A stretch of DNA of 64,000 nt from Patescibacteria group bacterium (lineage in GTDB: Bacteria; Patescibacteriota; Microgenomatia; UBA12405). Below the pieces are notes generated by a model, which saw only the letters and a list, made by a program, of their open reading frames with translations, did no database searches and was not told the DNA's origin. This document shows positions 28,387-36,766 of the stretch, piece after piece; within the stretch, counting starts at the first letter, position 1; each line of letters starts with the position of its first letter. The stretch lies in NCBI GenBank assembly GCA_038062455.1, contig JBBTXE010000001.1, positions 122,371-186,370 of the forward strand. Direction: 5' to 3'. Both the position numbers and the translations under genes were made by a program.

Positions 28387-28438
28387 GGCTATATAGTATC
28401 ATCGGGGTATCATTCCAACACAGTGCTTGTCAAATCGA

Positions 28439-28681
28439 TTAGCCACCTCTCGGGCACATCACCACTTCCGTGGTTCCAACTACCTTAATATCAGTTCTAC
28501 CCTCAATACCCGTGGTTGTTGCGACCAACATAGCAAATCTCCCCGTGGTACAGTAAACGTCTAATACCGGTTTTCTAGCGCGTGGACGAATCTCTTCCAA
28601 ACAATGTTCACACTCCAAAGGTAGCGACCGTCCATCGGTTAGTAATATATCAACCACCACTTTAAATTTATCACACCCCAC
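28439..28681 (-). CDS. Hypothetical Cys-containing small protein (80 aa)
   Basis: ORF only. Five Cys including CEHC. Directly upstream of the FGE-like gene on the same strand. Confidence 0.35.
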   Translation of the reverse strand: MGCDKFKVVVDILLTDGRSLPLECEHCLEEIRPRARKPVLDVYCTTGRFAMLVATTTGIEGRTDIKVVGTTEVVMCPRGG

Positions 28682-28736
28682 TCAACATCTTTGGGCCAAT
28701 GACAAGAAAATAGAGTTTGTTGAGGTAAAATAGGCC

Positions 28737-29807
28737 ATGAATCTATCAATCGGAATTGTTGGGCTTCCTAATGTTGGCAAATCGACTTTATTTAACGCGC
28801 TTCTTGGTAAAAAAGTGGCCGATGCCAGCAACTATCCTTTTTGCACCATCGATCCCAATGTCGGTGTCGTCGAGGTTCCCGATGACAAATTACCGGTTTT
28901 AGCCAAAATTGTCAACACTCCCAAAATCGTCCCTGCCGCCGTTGAGTTTGTCGATATCGCCGGACTCGTCAAGGGCGCTTCCGAAGGCGAAGGTTTGGGC
29001 AATAAATTTCTAACCAACATTCGTGATTGTGACGCCATCTGTCATGTAGTCCGTTCTTTTTCCGACCCCAATGTTATCCGTGAGGGTAGTACTAATCCTC
29101 AAAGTGATTTCGAAATCGTCTGTGCCGAATTAATTATCAAAGATTTAGAAACTATTGATAAATTTATCAGTGGAATTAAAAATAACCCCATTAAATCCAA
29201 GACCAAAAAGTTTGCCTTCTCTCTCAAATTAAAAGCCGAACTGGAGAAGGGGATTTTACCTATTAATTTAACTCTAACCGACGAAGAAAAACTTTTCTTA
29301 AAAGAATTTTTTCTTCTGACTGCCAAGCCCTATTTTATTGTCGCCAACGTCGACGAATCAACATATCAAAATATTGATAATTGTAAATTGAAAATTGATA
29401 ATTGCGAAGCTATTGTTCCGGTTTGTGCCAAAGTTGAATTTGAACTGTCCGAACTTTCTTCCGAAGATCGTCAGGCCTATTTAAAAGAATTAGGAATGGC
29501 CAAATCTGGCCTTGAACGGGTCATCCAAAAAGCCTATGAAACTCTTGGCCTCCAATCTTTCTACACCGCCGGTGTCAAAGAAGCCCGGGCCTGGACTATT
29601 CCCGCCGGCTCCAAGGCCCCTCAAGCCGCCGGAGCTATTCATACTGACTTTGAGAGGGGATTTATTATGGCCGAAGTGATTTCCTATGCCGATTTCGTGG
29701 CTAACAGTGGTTGGGAAGGCGCCAAGACCAAGGGACTTTTACGCCACGAAGGCAAAGACTACCTCATGCACCCCGATGACATTGTTGAATTTCGATTTAA
29801 TGTCTAA
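28737..29807 (+). CDS. ychF: Ribosome-binding ATPase YchF
   Basis: [39 protein letters not shown]-terminal TGS-like [10 protein letters not shown]... Confidence 0.92.
   Translation: MNLSIGIVGLPNVGKSTLFNALLGKKVADASNYPFCTIDPNVGVVEVPDDKLPVLAKIVNTPKIVPAAVEFVDIAGLVKGASEGEGLGNKFLTNIRDCDAICHVVRSFSDPNVIREGSTNPQSDFEIVCAELIIKDLETIDKFISGIKNNPIKSKTKKFAFSLKLKAELEKGILPINLTLTDEEKLFLKEFFLLTAKPYFIVANVDESTYQNIDNCKLKIDNCEAIVPVCAKVEFELSELSSEDRQAYLKELGMAKSGLERVIQKAYETLGLQSFYTAGVKEARAWTIPAGSKAPQAAGAIHTDFERGFIMAEVISYADFVANSGWEGAKTKGLLRHEGKDYLMHPDDIVEFRFNV
29373..29406 (+). repeat. attgataattg tandem element in frame in ychF
   Basis: attgataattgtaaattgaaaattgataattgcg encodes [11 protein letters not shown]. The 17-mer gaaaattgataattgcg (29390-29406) recurs exactly at 62527-62543. 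Confidence 0.8.
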
Positions 29808-29808
29808 G

Positions 29809-30354
29809 ATGATCAATGATAATGAAAAAAATGGAAGTAACCTTGAAACACAAGAACTTTTTTCCAGGTTAACCAGATGGGTTAAAGAAAGATCCAAAAA
29901 TTTTGTTCCGGAACGATTAAATCCCGAACAAAATGCCAGAAAACAAATATTTAAGGCTATTCAAACGAACCTATCAGGTAATTCAGAAAAGCAACAAAAA
30001 TCTATATCAAAATCCAGAAACGCAATTTTAAAAAATCTCAAAAGTTTTCCCGGCGGTAATTTTAAAAAACCCGATAGTAAAACTGGAGAAAACATCACTG
30101 CTTCAATTACTTACGATTCAGTTGAACAAAGGTGGATAGGTTCAGAACATGGCGAAGATGGTAGACAGATTTCCCAAACGATTATCCCGGTCGATGCTTC
30201 CAAGGCGACTGAACTTAGCCTAACTTTTACCAGCCAGTCATATCTAGACAATAATGCTAACCCCAACATTCTTCATCGGACTGACCTGCCTTGCGCCGCT
30301 TATACGACCTTTAATTTACTGCTAATGCATGTAAAAAGCGGAAATGAAAAATAA
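29809..30354 (+). CDS. Hypothetical protein (181 aa)
   Basis: Start moved to the ATG 2 nt after the ychF stop. The track start 29686 would overlap ychF by 120 nt. Confidence 0.45.
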   Translation: MINDNEKNGSNLETQELFSRLTRWVKERSKNFVPERLNPEQNARKQIFKAIQTNLSGNSEKQQKSISKSRNAILKNLKSFPGGNFKKPDSKTGENITASITYDSVEQRWIGSEHGEDGRQISQTIIPVDASKATELSLTFTSQSYLDNNANPNILHRTDLPCAAYTTFNLLLMHVKSGNEK

Positions 30355-31255
30355 ACTTCTTATCATTTCCGGTCCGACTGCAAGCGGAAAAACTGCCCTG
30401 GCGGTGAAACTGGCTAAAAAATATAATGGTGAAATAATTTCGGCAGATTCCCGACAAATTTATAAACATCTCGATATTGGCACCGGCAAAGATCACCCCA
30501 AAGATGTCAAAATCCATTTAATTGATCTAATTGATCCCGGCCAATCTTTTTCTGTGGCTCAATATCGTAAATTAGCTTTAGCAAAAATTTCCGAGATTCA
30601 GGCCAAAAACAAATTACCTATTTTAGTCGGTTGTAGTGGTTTTTATATTGATGCCGTTGTTAGTCCTAAATATGACACATTTACCATTAAACCAAATTAT
30701 TTATTAAGGACAATCCTTTTTAAATTTCCGGTAAAATTTTTACAATTTTTATTAAAAACCGTTGATAAAAAAACTTTTATTAAACTAAACAATTCCGATC
30801 TCCACAATCCTCTTCGCTTGGTTAGAAAAATTGAAATTAAATTAAGTCGTAGAGACGTACGATCGCGCGTCTCTACGAATACCACATTTGATTATTTACA
30901 TCTCTCTCTCACCGCTCCCAAATCCTATCTCTACGACCGTATCGATGCCCGTGTCGAATCTCGCCTAAAGTTAGGCTTTCTTGATGAAATAAAAAGTGTA
31001 TTAAAGAAATACAATTGGTCCGATCCGGGTCTTAAAATTTCCGCCTATGTTTGCCTGAAACCGTACATTAATAATCAAAACAATTCCGTATTATTGGTCT
31101 GTCTTCAAAAATGGAAATTTAGAGAACACCGCGACGCCCGCCGTCAATTAACCTGGTTCAAAAAATACACCCACGGTATTTTTATTGACATTACTAAGCC
31201 AAATTATCAAAAATCTGTATATAAATCAATTCAAAAATGGTACAATGATACTTGA
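30344..31255 (+). CDS. miaA: tRNA dimethylallyltransferase
   Basis: ISGPTASGKTALAVKLA...IISADSRQIYKHLDIGTGK. Confidence 0.87.
   Translation: MKNKLLIISGPTASGKTALAVKLAKKYNGEIISADSRQIYKHLDIGTGKDHPKDVKIHLIDLIDPGQSFSVAQYRKLALAKISEIQAKNKLPILVGCSGFYIDAVVSPKYDTFTIKPNYLLRTILFKFPVKFLQFLLKTVDKKTFIKLNNSDLHNPLRLVRKIEIKLSRRDVRSRVSTNTTFDYLHLSLTAPKSYLYDRIDARVESRLKLGFLDEIKSVLKKYNWSDPGLKISAYVCLKPYINNQNNSVLLVCLQKWKFREHRDARRQLTWFKKYTHGIFIDITKPNYQKSVYKSIQKWYNDT
30848..30877 (+). repeat. GTAGAGACG palindromic element, copy 1 (in frame in miaA)
   Basis: cgtagagacg-tacgatcgcg-cgtctctacg, 30 nt, encodes SRRDVRSRVST. Confidence 0.85.
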
Positions 31256-31281
31256 TACCTGATACTTAATACTTAATACTT
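31247..31281 (+). repeat. Heptamer tandem array (G/A)ATAC(T/C)T x5
   Basis: gatactt gatacct gatactt aatactt aatactt. Spans the miaA stop and ends 5 nt before the ATG at 31287. Confidence 0.9.
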
Positions 31282-31286
31282 AATCA

Positions 31287-32261
31287 ATGAAACCTCAAAA
31301 AATCGAAATCTCTTATAAAACCATCATTTTTACCGTTCTTTTTTTAATCTCCTTAGTTCTTCTCTGGCAGCTTCGGGGTATCTTTCTTCTCCTTTTTCTC
31401 TGTTTTATTTTCATGCAGGCCTTAAATCCCGCCGTCACCCGGCTGGAAAAGCTCAAAATTCCCCGTTTTATCGGCATTTTTCTTCTCTATCTTCTCATTT
31501 TGGCTGGCATTTCTTTTGCCGCCGCCGGCATAATTCCGGCTCTGGTCGAACAAACTACCAGTTTAATCCAAACCCTCCCCGGTGCCATCAGCAGCATTAA
31601 CCTTTGGGGAATCAAGCCAGTCGACATCTCTTCCCAATTTAAACTCTTAGAAAATCTCCCCGGCAACATTGCCTCAACTGTTTTTTCCATTTTTTCCAAC
31701 CTAATCTCTGTTTTTATCTTTTTTGTCCTGACTTTTTACCTTCTGATGGAACGGAAAAATTTTGACAATTATGCCGGTAAAATCTTTGGTCAAAAAAATC
31801 AAGGCAAGGCTATTTTAACCATGAACGAATTAGAAAAACGTCTGGGTCATTGGGTAAACGCCCAGCTTTTTTTAATGCTCACCATCGGCGTTCTTTCCTA
31901 TCTTGGCTATCTGGTCATCGGACTTAACTATGTCATACCTTTGGCCATTATTGCCGGCCTTTTGGAAATTGTTCCCAATATCGGACCTACCATTACCACC
32001 ATTATTGCCGCTTTTGTCGGACTCACGGTTTCCCCATTGACCGCCTTGTTGGCGATTATCTGGGGGGTTATCGTCCAACAGCTTGAAAATAACTTTATCG
32101 TTCCCAAAGTCATGAAAGCCACTGTCGGTCTAAACCCCTTAATGACCATTCTTCTAATTGCCTCCGGAGCTCGACTTGGCGGAGTAGCCGGCGCGGTTCT
32201 GGTCATACCCGCCTATCTCACTGTCAGCACCATCGTCGGGGTACTAACCAAAAAAGAATAA
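31287..32261 (+). CDS. AI-2E family transporter (PerM/UPF0118)
   Basis: About 8-TM protein with the conserved LLEIVPNIGP and VIVQQLENNFIVPKVM segments. Confidence 0.8.
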   Translation: MKPQKIEISYKTIIFTVLFLISLVLLWQLRGIFLLLFLCFIFMQALNPAVTRLEKLKIPRFIGIFLLYLLILAGISFAAAGIIPALVEQTTSLIQTLPGAISSINLWGIKPVDISSQFKLLENLPGNIASTVFSIFSNLISVFIFFVLTFYLLMERKNFDNYAGKIFGQKNQGKAILTMNELEKRLGHWVNAQLFLMLTIGVLSYLGYLVIGLNYVIPLAIIAGLLEIVPNIGPTITTIIAAFVGLTVSPLTALLAIIWGVIVQQLENNFIVPKVMKATVGLNPLMTILLIASGARLGGVAGAVLVIPAYLTVSTIVGVLTKKE

Positions 32262-32567
32262 CTTCGTGGAAATCGATAAGCCGGATTCTGTTTATGGGCC
32301 ATCTATCTAATCTCTCCACCTGGTGCTCTTAAAGTCAAAAGCATAACGCACCGATTTGAGATTTCCACGGAAAGGTTGCCCGTTTCATATCATCCTCGGT
32401 CCGGCTAAAGCCGAGACCGGGACTACTCGTCTCTGTTGCAGAGCCGTCCGATTGCTCGGACCCCTACCTATTCGGGTTTCCTGACTTTGGTGGTCCGGAC
32501 TTTCCTTTTCACCTCGCCGAAGCCGTTAGGCGTAGGCGGGCTATTAGCCCTTCAATTTCTCCGAAGT
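32262..32567 (-). ncRNA. rnpB: RNase P RNA, bacterial type A, short (~305 nt)
   Basis: The minus-strand reading contains AAAAGGAAAGUCCGGACC (CR-I), GCAACAGAGA, UUAAGAGCACC and ACAGAAUCCGGCUUAUCG (CR-V). P1 pairs acuucggagaaau (5') with auuuccacgaagu (3'). Ends are +/-10 nt. Confidence 0.92.
32513..32540 (+). repeat. Hairpin repeat, GCGTAGGCGGG family, copy 3 (inside rnpB, P3-region hairpin)
   Basis: ctcgccgaagccgttaggcgtaggcggg. In the RNA sense this is cccgccuacgccuaacggcuucggcgag, immediately 5' of CR-I. Confidence 0.7.
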
Positions 32568-32655
32568 TGCTTTATTTTAACATTTTTCCGCCGTGGTGGA
32601 CCAAAAATCCCCTCGGCATAGCCGGGGGAACTTTTGAATCTTGCTAAAAGACAAG

Positions 32656-32832
32656 TTAACTTAACGTGGCTGCATCAGCAGCGGATAAAATCTTGAACAT
32701 TTTAACTCCGGTGGCTGGATCAATCGCTTGAGCGGCCGGTCGGCCGTTTTTAAGCATCACTTTCGTAACTTTAGATACATCTACTTCAACTGTCTTTCTT
32801 GATTTAACTGAATAAAACTTGATGGTTGGCAT
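32656..32832 (-). CDS. Small protein (58 aa), Cys-less DUF5679-like
   Basis: Below the track cutoff. Strong RBS aaaaaggaggtgagcatttataATG. MPTIKFYSVKSRKTVEVDVSKVTKVMLKNGRPAAQAIDPATGVKMFKILSAADAATLS. Confidence 0.55.
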   Translation of the reverse strand: MPTIKFYSVKSRKTVEVDVSKVTKVMLKNGRPAAQAIDPATGVKMFKILSAADAATLS

Positions 32833-32864
32833 TATAAATGCTCACCTCCTTTTTAAATCTATAT

Positions 32865-32981
32865 TCACTTCCAAACATAATACATTGTAACTACGATTGC
32901 AATAGCGGCTACACTTAACAGGAAACTTTTGAGCAAATCTCGGCCAAGATTCGAGTTGCTTTTTTCCTCTACTGGCTTCAT
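32865..32981 (-). CDS. Possible 38-aa membrane peptide
   Basis: GGAG 5 nt upstream of the ATG. MKPVEEKSNSNLGRDLLKSFLLSVAAIAIVVTMYYVWK has one TM helix. Speculative. Confidence 0.25.
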   Translation of the reverse strand: MKPVEEKSNSNLGRDLLKSFLLSVAAIAIVVTMYYVWK

Positions 32982-33022
32982 CAGCTCCAGTATAGCATCC
33001 ATTCTGTTAGAATTAATAACCA

Positions 33023-33376
33023 GTGTTTGTTATTTTATACTTACTTACCACTCTTAATTTCTTTGCTCTTCTCTATCTTGCTTATTTAATTTTAATTAAA
33101 TATCGGTCAAAATCTGCTGATATCAATACAAAATTACCCGTTGGTACCATTGAAAAGGTCGGTCTGCTTCGTTTCAATCCCTTTGAAGATCTCGGCTCCG
33201 ATCAGAGCTTTATTTTAAGTCTACTTGACCATTCCCATTCAGGTGTTATTATAACTTCACTTCACCACCGCAATTTCACCCGAATTTATGCCAAGCCAAT
33301 CAAAAATGGTGAAGGTGACAAAATAACTTTGTCAAAAGAGGAAAAATCGGCTATATTAAATACTATTAACCGTTAA
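33023..33376 (+). CDS. DUF4446-like protein
   Basis: N-terminal TM, then VGLLRFNPFEDLGSDQSFILSLLDHSHSGVIITSLHHRNFTRIYAKPI..G....LSKEEKSAI, matching the DUF4446 pattern as I recall it. Confidence 0.6.
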   Translation: MFVILYLLTTLNFFALLYLAYLILIKYRSKSADINTKLPVGTIEKVGLLRFNPFEDLGSDQSFILSLLDHSHSGVIITSLHHRNFTRIYAKPIKNGEGDKITLSKEEKSAILNTINR

Positions 33377-33382
33377 CATTTT

Positions 33383-34630
33383 ATGAATTTCAAAAGTAAT
33401 AAAACCATTATTTATCTTAGTCTCTTTATTGCTATCACCGGAGTGAGCTATTTTATCTCTTTAAAAATTTTTCCCGTCAATTTCCATTCCGGCTCATCTT
33501 CAGCCCCGACCCCTTCTGATTCCGCCGTCAAAAAAACCGGTGTCCTCGTTTTCGAAGGACCTAAAACCGAAATCTGTCCTTTAAATGGGCAGCTATTTAC
33601 CAAAGAGGAAAAGACTGTTTGGGAAAATCGCCGGCCGCTCCTGATAATGATTGAAAACCACGCTGATTCCCGTCCTCAATCGGGCTTAAGCAACGCTGAT
33701 GTTGTCTATGAAGCCAATTCTGAAGGTGGTATTACCCGACTTATGGGCATTTTCTATTGTAATGCCGTTGGGGGTGTCGGTAGTAACTACGATGTTGGTC
33801 CGGTTCGCTCTGCCCGGACCTATTTTCTTGACCTGGCCTCGGAATATGCCGATTATCCCCTCTATGCCCATGTCGGCGGTAGCAACTGCAGCGCTCCGAT
33901 TGATCCGGTCACCGGCCGGGCCGCCGGTCCCTGCACTACCAGTAAAAAAGCCCAAGCTTTAGAGCAAATAGCTGAATATGGTTGGCAAAATAAAGGTACC
34001 TGGAGCGATCTTTCTCAATTCTCCCTTTCCTACAAAGCCTGTCGGCGCGAAGAGGACCGTACCGGTAAAACTGTAGCTACCGAACATTCGATGTACTGTT
34101 CAAGTTCTGAACTATGGAATGTGGCTGCCTCCCGTGGTCTTTCAAACTTAACCGAAATCAAAAAAAGCTCTTGGAATAAATCTTTCCGTCTCTGGAATTT
34201 CAAACAAGCAGACCTTCCCTCATCAGACCTTTCATCAAGCAAGGCTACTTTTGATTGGTGGGGGGACAAAGCCTATTCAGTCACTTGGGCCTATGATCAA
34301 TCCAAAAAGACTTATCTCCGTTTAAATGGTGGTGTTCCCTATGTTGATTTCAATACCCAAGAGCAATTAAGTGCCAAAAACATAATTGTCCAATTTACCA
34401 AAGAAACCCGATCTATCGACTCCCATGTCCACAACCTTTACGCCGTTGTCGGCGGCGGGGAGGGGGTTCTTCTTCAAAATGGCGCTAAAACTGACATCAC
34501 CTGGTCCAAACCCAACCGTACTGCCCGAACTATTTACAAGGATAAATCGGGTAAAGAAGTCAACTTTGTTCCCGGAACCATTTGGATAGAAATTCTGCCT
34601 CTGGGAAATAAAATCAACTATGAAGGTTGA
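33383..34630 (+). CDS. DUF3048 domain-containing secreted protein
   Basis: RRPLLIMIENHADSRPQSGLSNADVVYEANSEGGITRLMGIFY is the hallmark DUF3048 N-terminal motif. Confidence 0.7.
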   Translation: MNFKSNKTIIYLSLFIAITGVSYFISLKIFPVNFHSGSSSAPTPSDSAVKKTGVLVFEGPKTEICPLNGQLFTKEEKTVWENRRPLLIMIENHADSRPQSGLSNADVVYEANSEGGITRLMGIFYCNAVGGVGSNYDVGPVRSARTYFLDLASEYADYPLYAHVGGSNCSAPIDPVTGRAAGPCTTSKKAQALEQIAEYGWQNKGTWSDLSQFSLSYKACRREEDRTGKTVATEHSMYCSSSELWNVAASRGLSNLTEIKKSSWNKSFRLWNFKQADLPSSDLSSSKATFDWWGDKAYSVTWAYDQSKKTYLRLNGGVPYVDFNTQEQLSAKNIIVQFTKETRSIDSHVHNLYAVVGGGEGVLLQNGAKTDITWSKPNRTARTIYKDKSGKEVNFVPGTIWIEILPLGNKINYEG

Positions 34631-35192
34631 AACCAGTCTTAAGACTATCCTTAGTTCCAAGACCCGCTGTAAATTATTAAACATTTTCTTTACCCGCCCC
34701 CGTGAATTATTTTTCGTCCGTCAGCTGGTCCGTCTTAGCGGTGAAGAAATTAACTCTGTCCGTCGGGAACTCTTTAATTTAAAAAAAATTAATCTTCTTC
34801 TTTCCGAAGTCAGGGGTAATCGTCTTTTCTATACTCCGAATCTTCGCCACCCCCTCTTTCTCAATTTAGTCAGTCTAGCTTACAAAAGTCTGCCTTTTTG
34901 TGAAGAATTATCCAAGGCCGATGCCCTTATTGCCGCTTACCCTTTTTTACTCTGGGATAAAGGCAACCCTGATAAAATCGATGTCATTGTTGTTGGCGAT
35001 CTTCCTCTCCGGACCATTGAATCAGCCATGAAATCCGAAGAAAGACGCCGCGAATCGGAATTTAATTACATGGTCATGGGACGTGACGAGTTAAAACTTC
35101 GCCAAAGCAAACGTGATCCTTTTTTGGTCGATTTTTTTCTTTCCTCCCCTGTTGTTATAATTGGCCAACCCGGATTTTTTTCAGGATTTTAA
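34620..35192 (+). CDS. Putative winged-helix transcriptional regulator
   Basis: N-terminal KTRCKLLNIFFTRPRELFFVRQLVRLSGEEINSVRRELFNLKKINLL looks wHTH-like. Weak call. Confidence 0.4.
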   Translation: MKVETSLKTILSSKTRCKLLNIFFTRPRELFFVRQLVRLSGEEINSVRRELFNLKKINLLLSEVRGNRLFYTPNLRHPLFLNLVSLAYKSLPFCEELSKADALIAAYPFLLWDKGNPDKIDVIVVGDLPLRTIESAMKSEERRRESEFNYMVMGRDELKLRQSKRDPFLVDFFLSSPVVIIGQPGFFSGF

Positions 35193-35392
35193 TGGCCGCC
35201 ACTAGAAAAGTCATCAAAACAGGTAACAGTCTCTGTGTTACCCTACCCACCAAAATCATTAAATCCCTCGATATTAAAGAGGGTGATTGGGCGAGATTCA
35301 GGGTCAAATATTCAAAAGCCTCAATTACCTATACTTTTACCGGTCATCCCCGTCAATTGACATTTGATATCAAAAAAAATGATTCCCGTTAG
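35192..35392 (+). CDS. AbrB/MazE/SpoVT-family DNA-binding protein (antitoxin-like)
   Basis: KVIKTGNSLCVTLPTKIIKSLDIKEGD is the swapped-hairpin barrel motif. Confidence 0.65.
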   Translation: MAATRKVIKTGNSLCVTLPTKIIKSLDIKEGDWARFRVKYSKASITYTFTGHPRQLTFDIKKNDSR

Positions 35393-36722
35393 CAAAAAAA
35401 CTCTTAATCTTTTTTATACCATTCTTGGTCTGACTTTAGTTTGTTTAGTTGTCAACCTTCCCCTTAAATTTTCTCTTTTTGGAAAAACTTTTTATCGTCC
35501 CGCTTTTAACTTTAAATTGGGGACCGCTGAGATAAAACCCAATCTTGACCTCCGTTTTGGCCTCGATTTGGCCGGAGGTGCTTCCCTGGTTTTTGACATC
35601 GATAACACCAACACTACCACCGCCAATTTACCCAATGCTCTTGAATCGCTCAAAACCAACATTGAACGCCGGATAAATCTATTCGGAGTTTCCGAGTCCA
35701 ATGTCCAGATAAGCCGGATAACTGACTCCTACCGTCTAATTGTCGATTTGCCGGGCGTTAGTAACGTCAACGAAGCCATTAAACTGATTGGCCAAACAGC
35801 CAGTCTTAAATTTATGGGCATTATTGAACCTCCTCCCGAAGCTACCGCTACTGCTACCCTCAAAGATATTCTTCGGGATACTGGTCTCAACGGTTCCCAT
35901 CTTGTTCGGGCCAGCCCCCAGCCCAACCCCAACACCGGCGCCATGGAAGTATCTTTGGAATTTAATCCCGAAGGTACCAAACTTTTTGAAAAGGCCACTA
36001 AAGAATATCTAAATAAACGCATCGCCATCCTTCTTGACCAGGAAATTGTCACCAGTCCGGTCGTCCAGACCGTTATTCCCGATGGTCTGGCAGTTATCAA
36101 TGGTGACTTTGATATCAAATCTGCCAAAGCCCTCTCGGCCCAACTTAACGCCGGCGCTCTCCCTTTGGGTATCAATCTTATCGAGCAATTTCAGGTCGGA
36201 GCCACCTTGGGCCAGGAATCAATTAACAAAGGTATTCGGGCCGCTTTAGTCGGCTTGGGTCTGGTAGCCATGTTTATGATCGGTAACTACGGTTATTTAG
36301 GTTTTGTATCCGTAATCAGTCTATTTATTTATGGCCTTTTAACTCTGACTCTTTACCGCCTCATTCCGGTTACCCTCACTTTTCCGGGCATTGTCGGTTT
36401 TATTTTGTCTGTCGGTATGGCTGTCGATAGTAATATTTTAATTTTTGAACGAATGAAAGAGGAAATTCGAGCCGGCCGACCATGGAACACTGCCATGGAA
36501 TTAGGTTTTGGTCGGGCCTGGGATTCGATTAAAGATGCCAACACCTGCACCATTATCACCGGTCTTATTCTTTTTAACCCTTTTAATTGGAACTTTTTAA
36601 ACTCCTCCGGCATGGTCCGCGGTTTTGCTGTTACTCTGCTTTTGGGTATCATCATCGGCATCTTTACCGGAGTTATTGTCACCCGAAATTTATTACGGGT
36701 TCTCGCCAGAAAAAGAAATTAA
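35364..36722 (+). CDS. secD: Protein translocase subunit SecD
   Basis: LGLDLAGGASLVF, GQTASLKF, LNAGALP, C-terminal SSD-like TM bundle VGMAVDSNILIFERMKEE. Confidence 0.9.
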   Translation: MISKKMIPVSKKTLNLFYTILGLTLVCLVVNLPLKFSLFGKTFYRPAFNFKLGTAEIKPNLDLRFGLDLAGGASLVFDIDNTNTTTANLPNALESLKTNIERRINLFGVSESNVQISRITDSYRLIVDLPGVSNVNEAIKLIGQTASLKFMGIIEPPPEATATATLKDILRDTGLNGSHLVRASPQPNPNTGAMEVSLEFNPEGTKLFEKATKEYLNKRIAILLDQEIVTSPVVQTVIPDGLAVINGDFDIKSAKALSAQLNAGALPLGINLIEQFQVGATLGQESINKGIRAALVGLGLVAMFMIGNYGYLGFVSVISLFIYGLLTLTLYRLIPVTLTFPGIVGFILSVGMAVDSNILIFERMKEEIRAGRPWNTAMELGFGRAWDSIKDANTCTIITGLILFNPFNWNFLNSSGMVRGFAVTLLLGIIIGIFTGVIVTRNLLRVLARKRN

Positions 36723-36761
36723 TATTTATACTTAATACTTAATACTTAATACTTAATACTT
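36720..36761 (+). repeat. Heptamer tandem array AATACTT x6 (4 perfect)
   Basis: taatatt tatactt aatactt aatactt aatactt aatactt. Starts at the secD stop and ends 5 nt before the secF ATG. Confidence 0.9.
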
Positions 36762-36766
36762 CCCCA

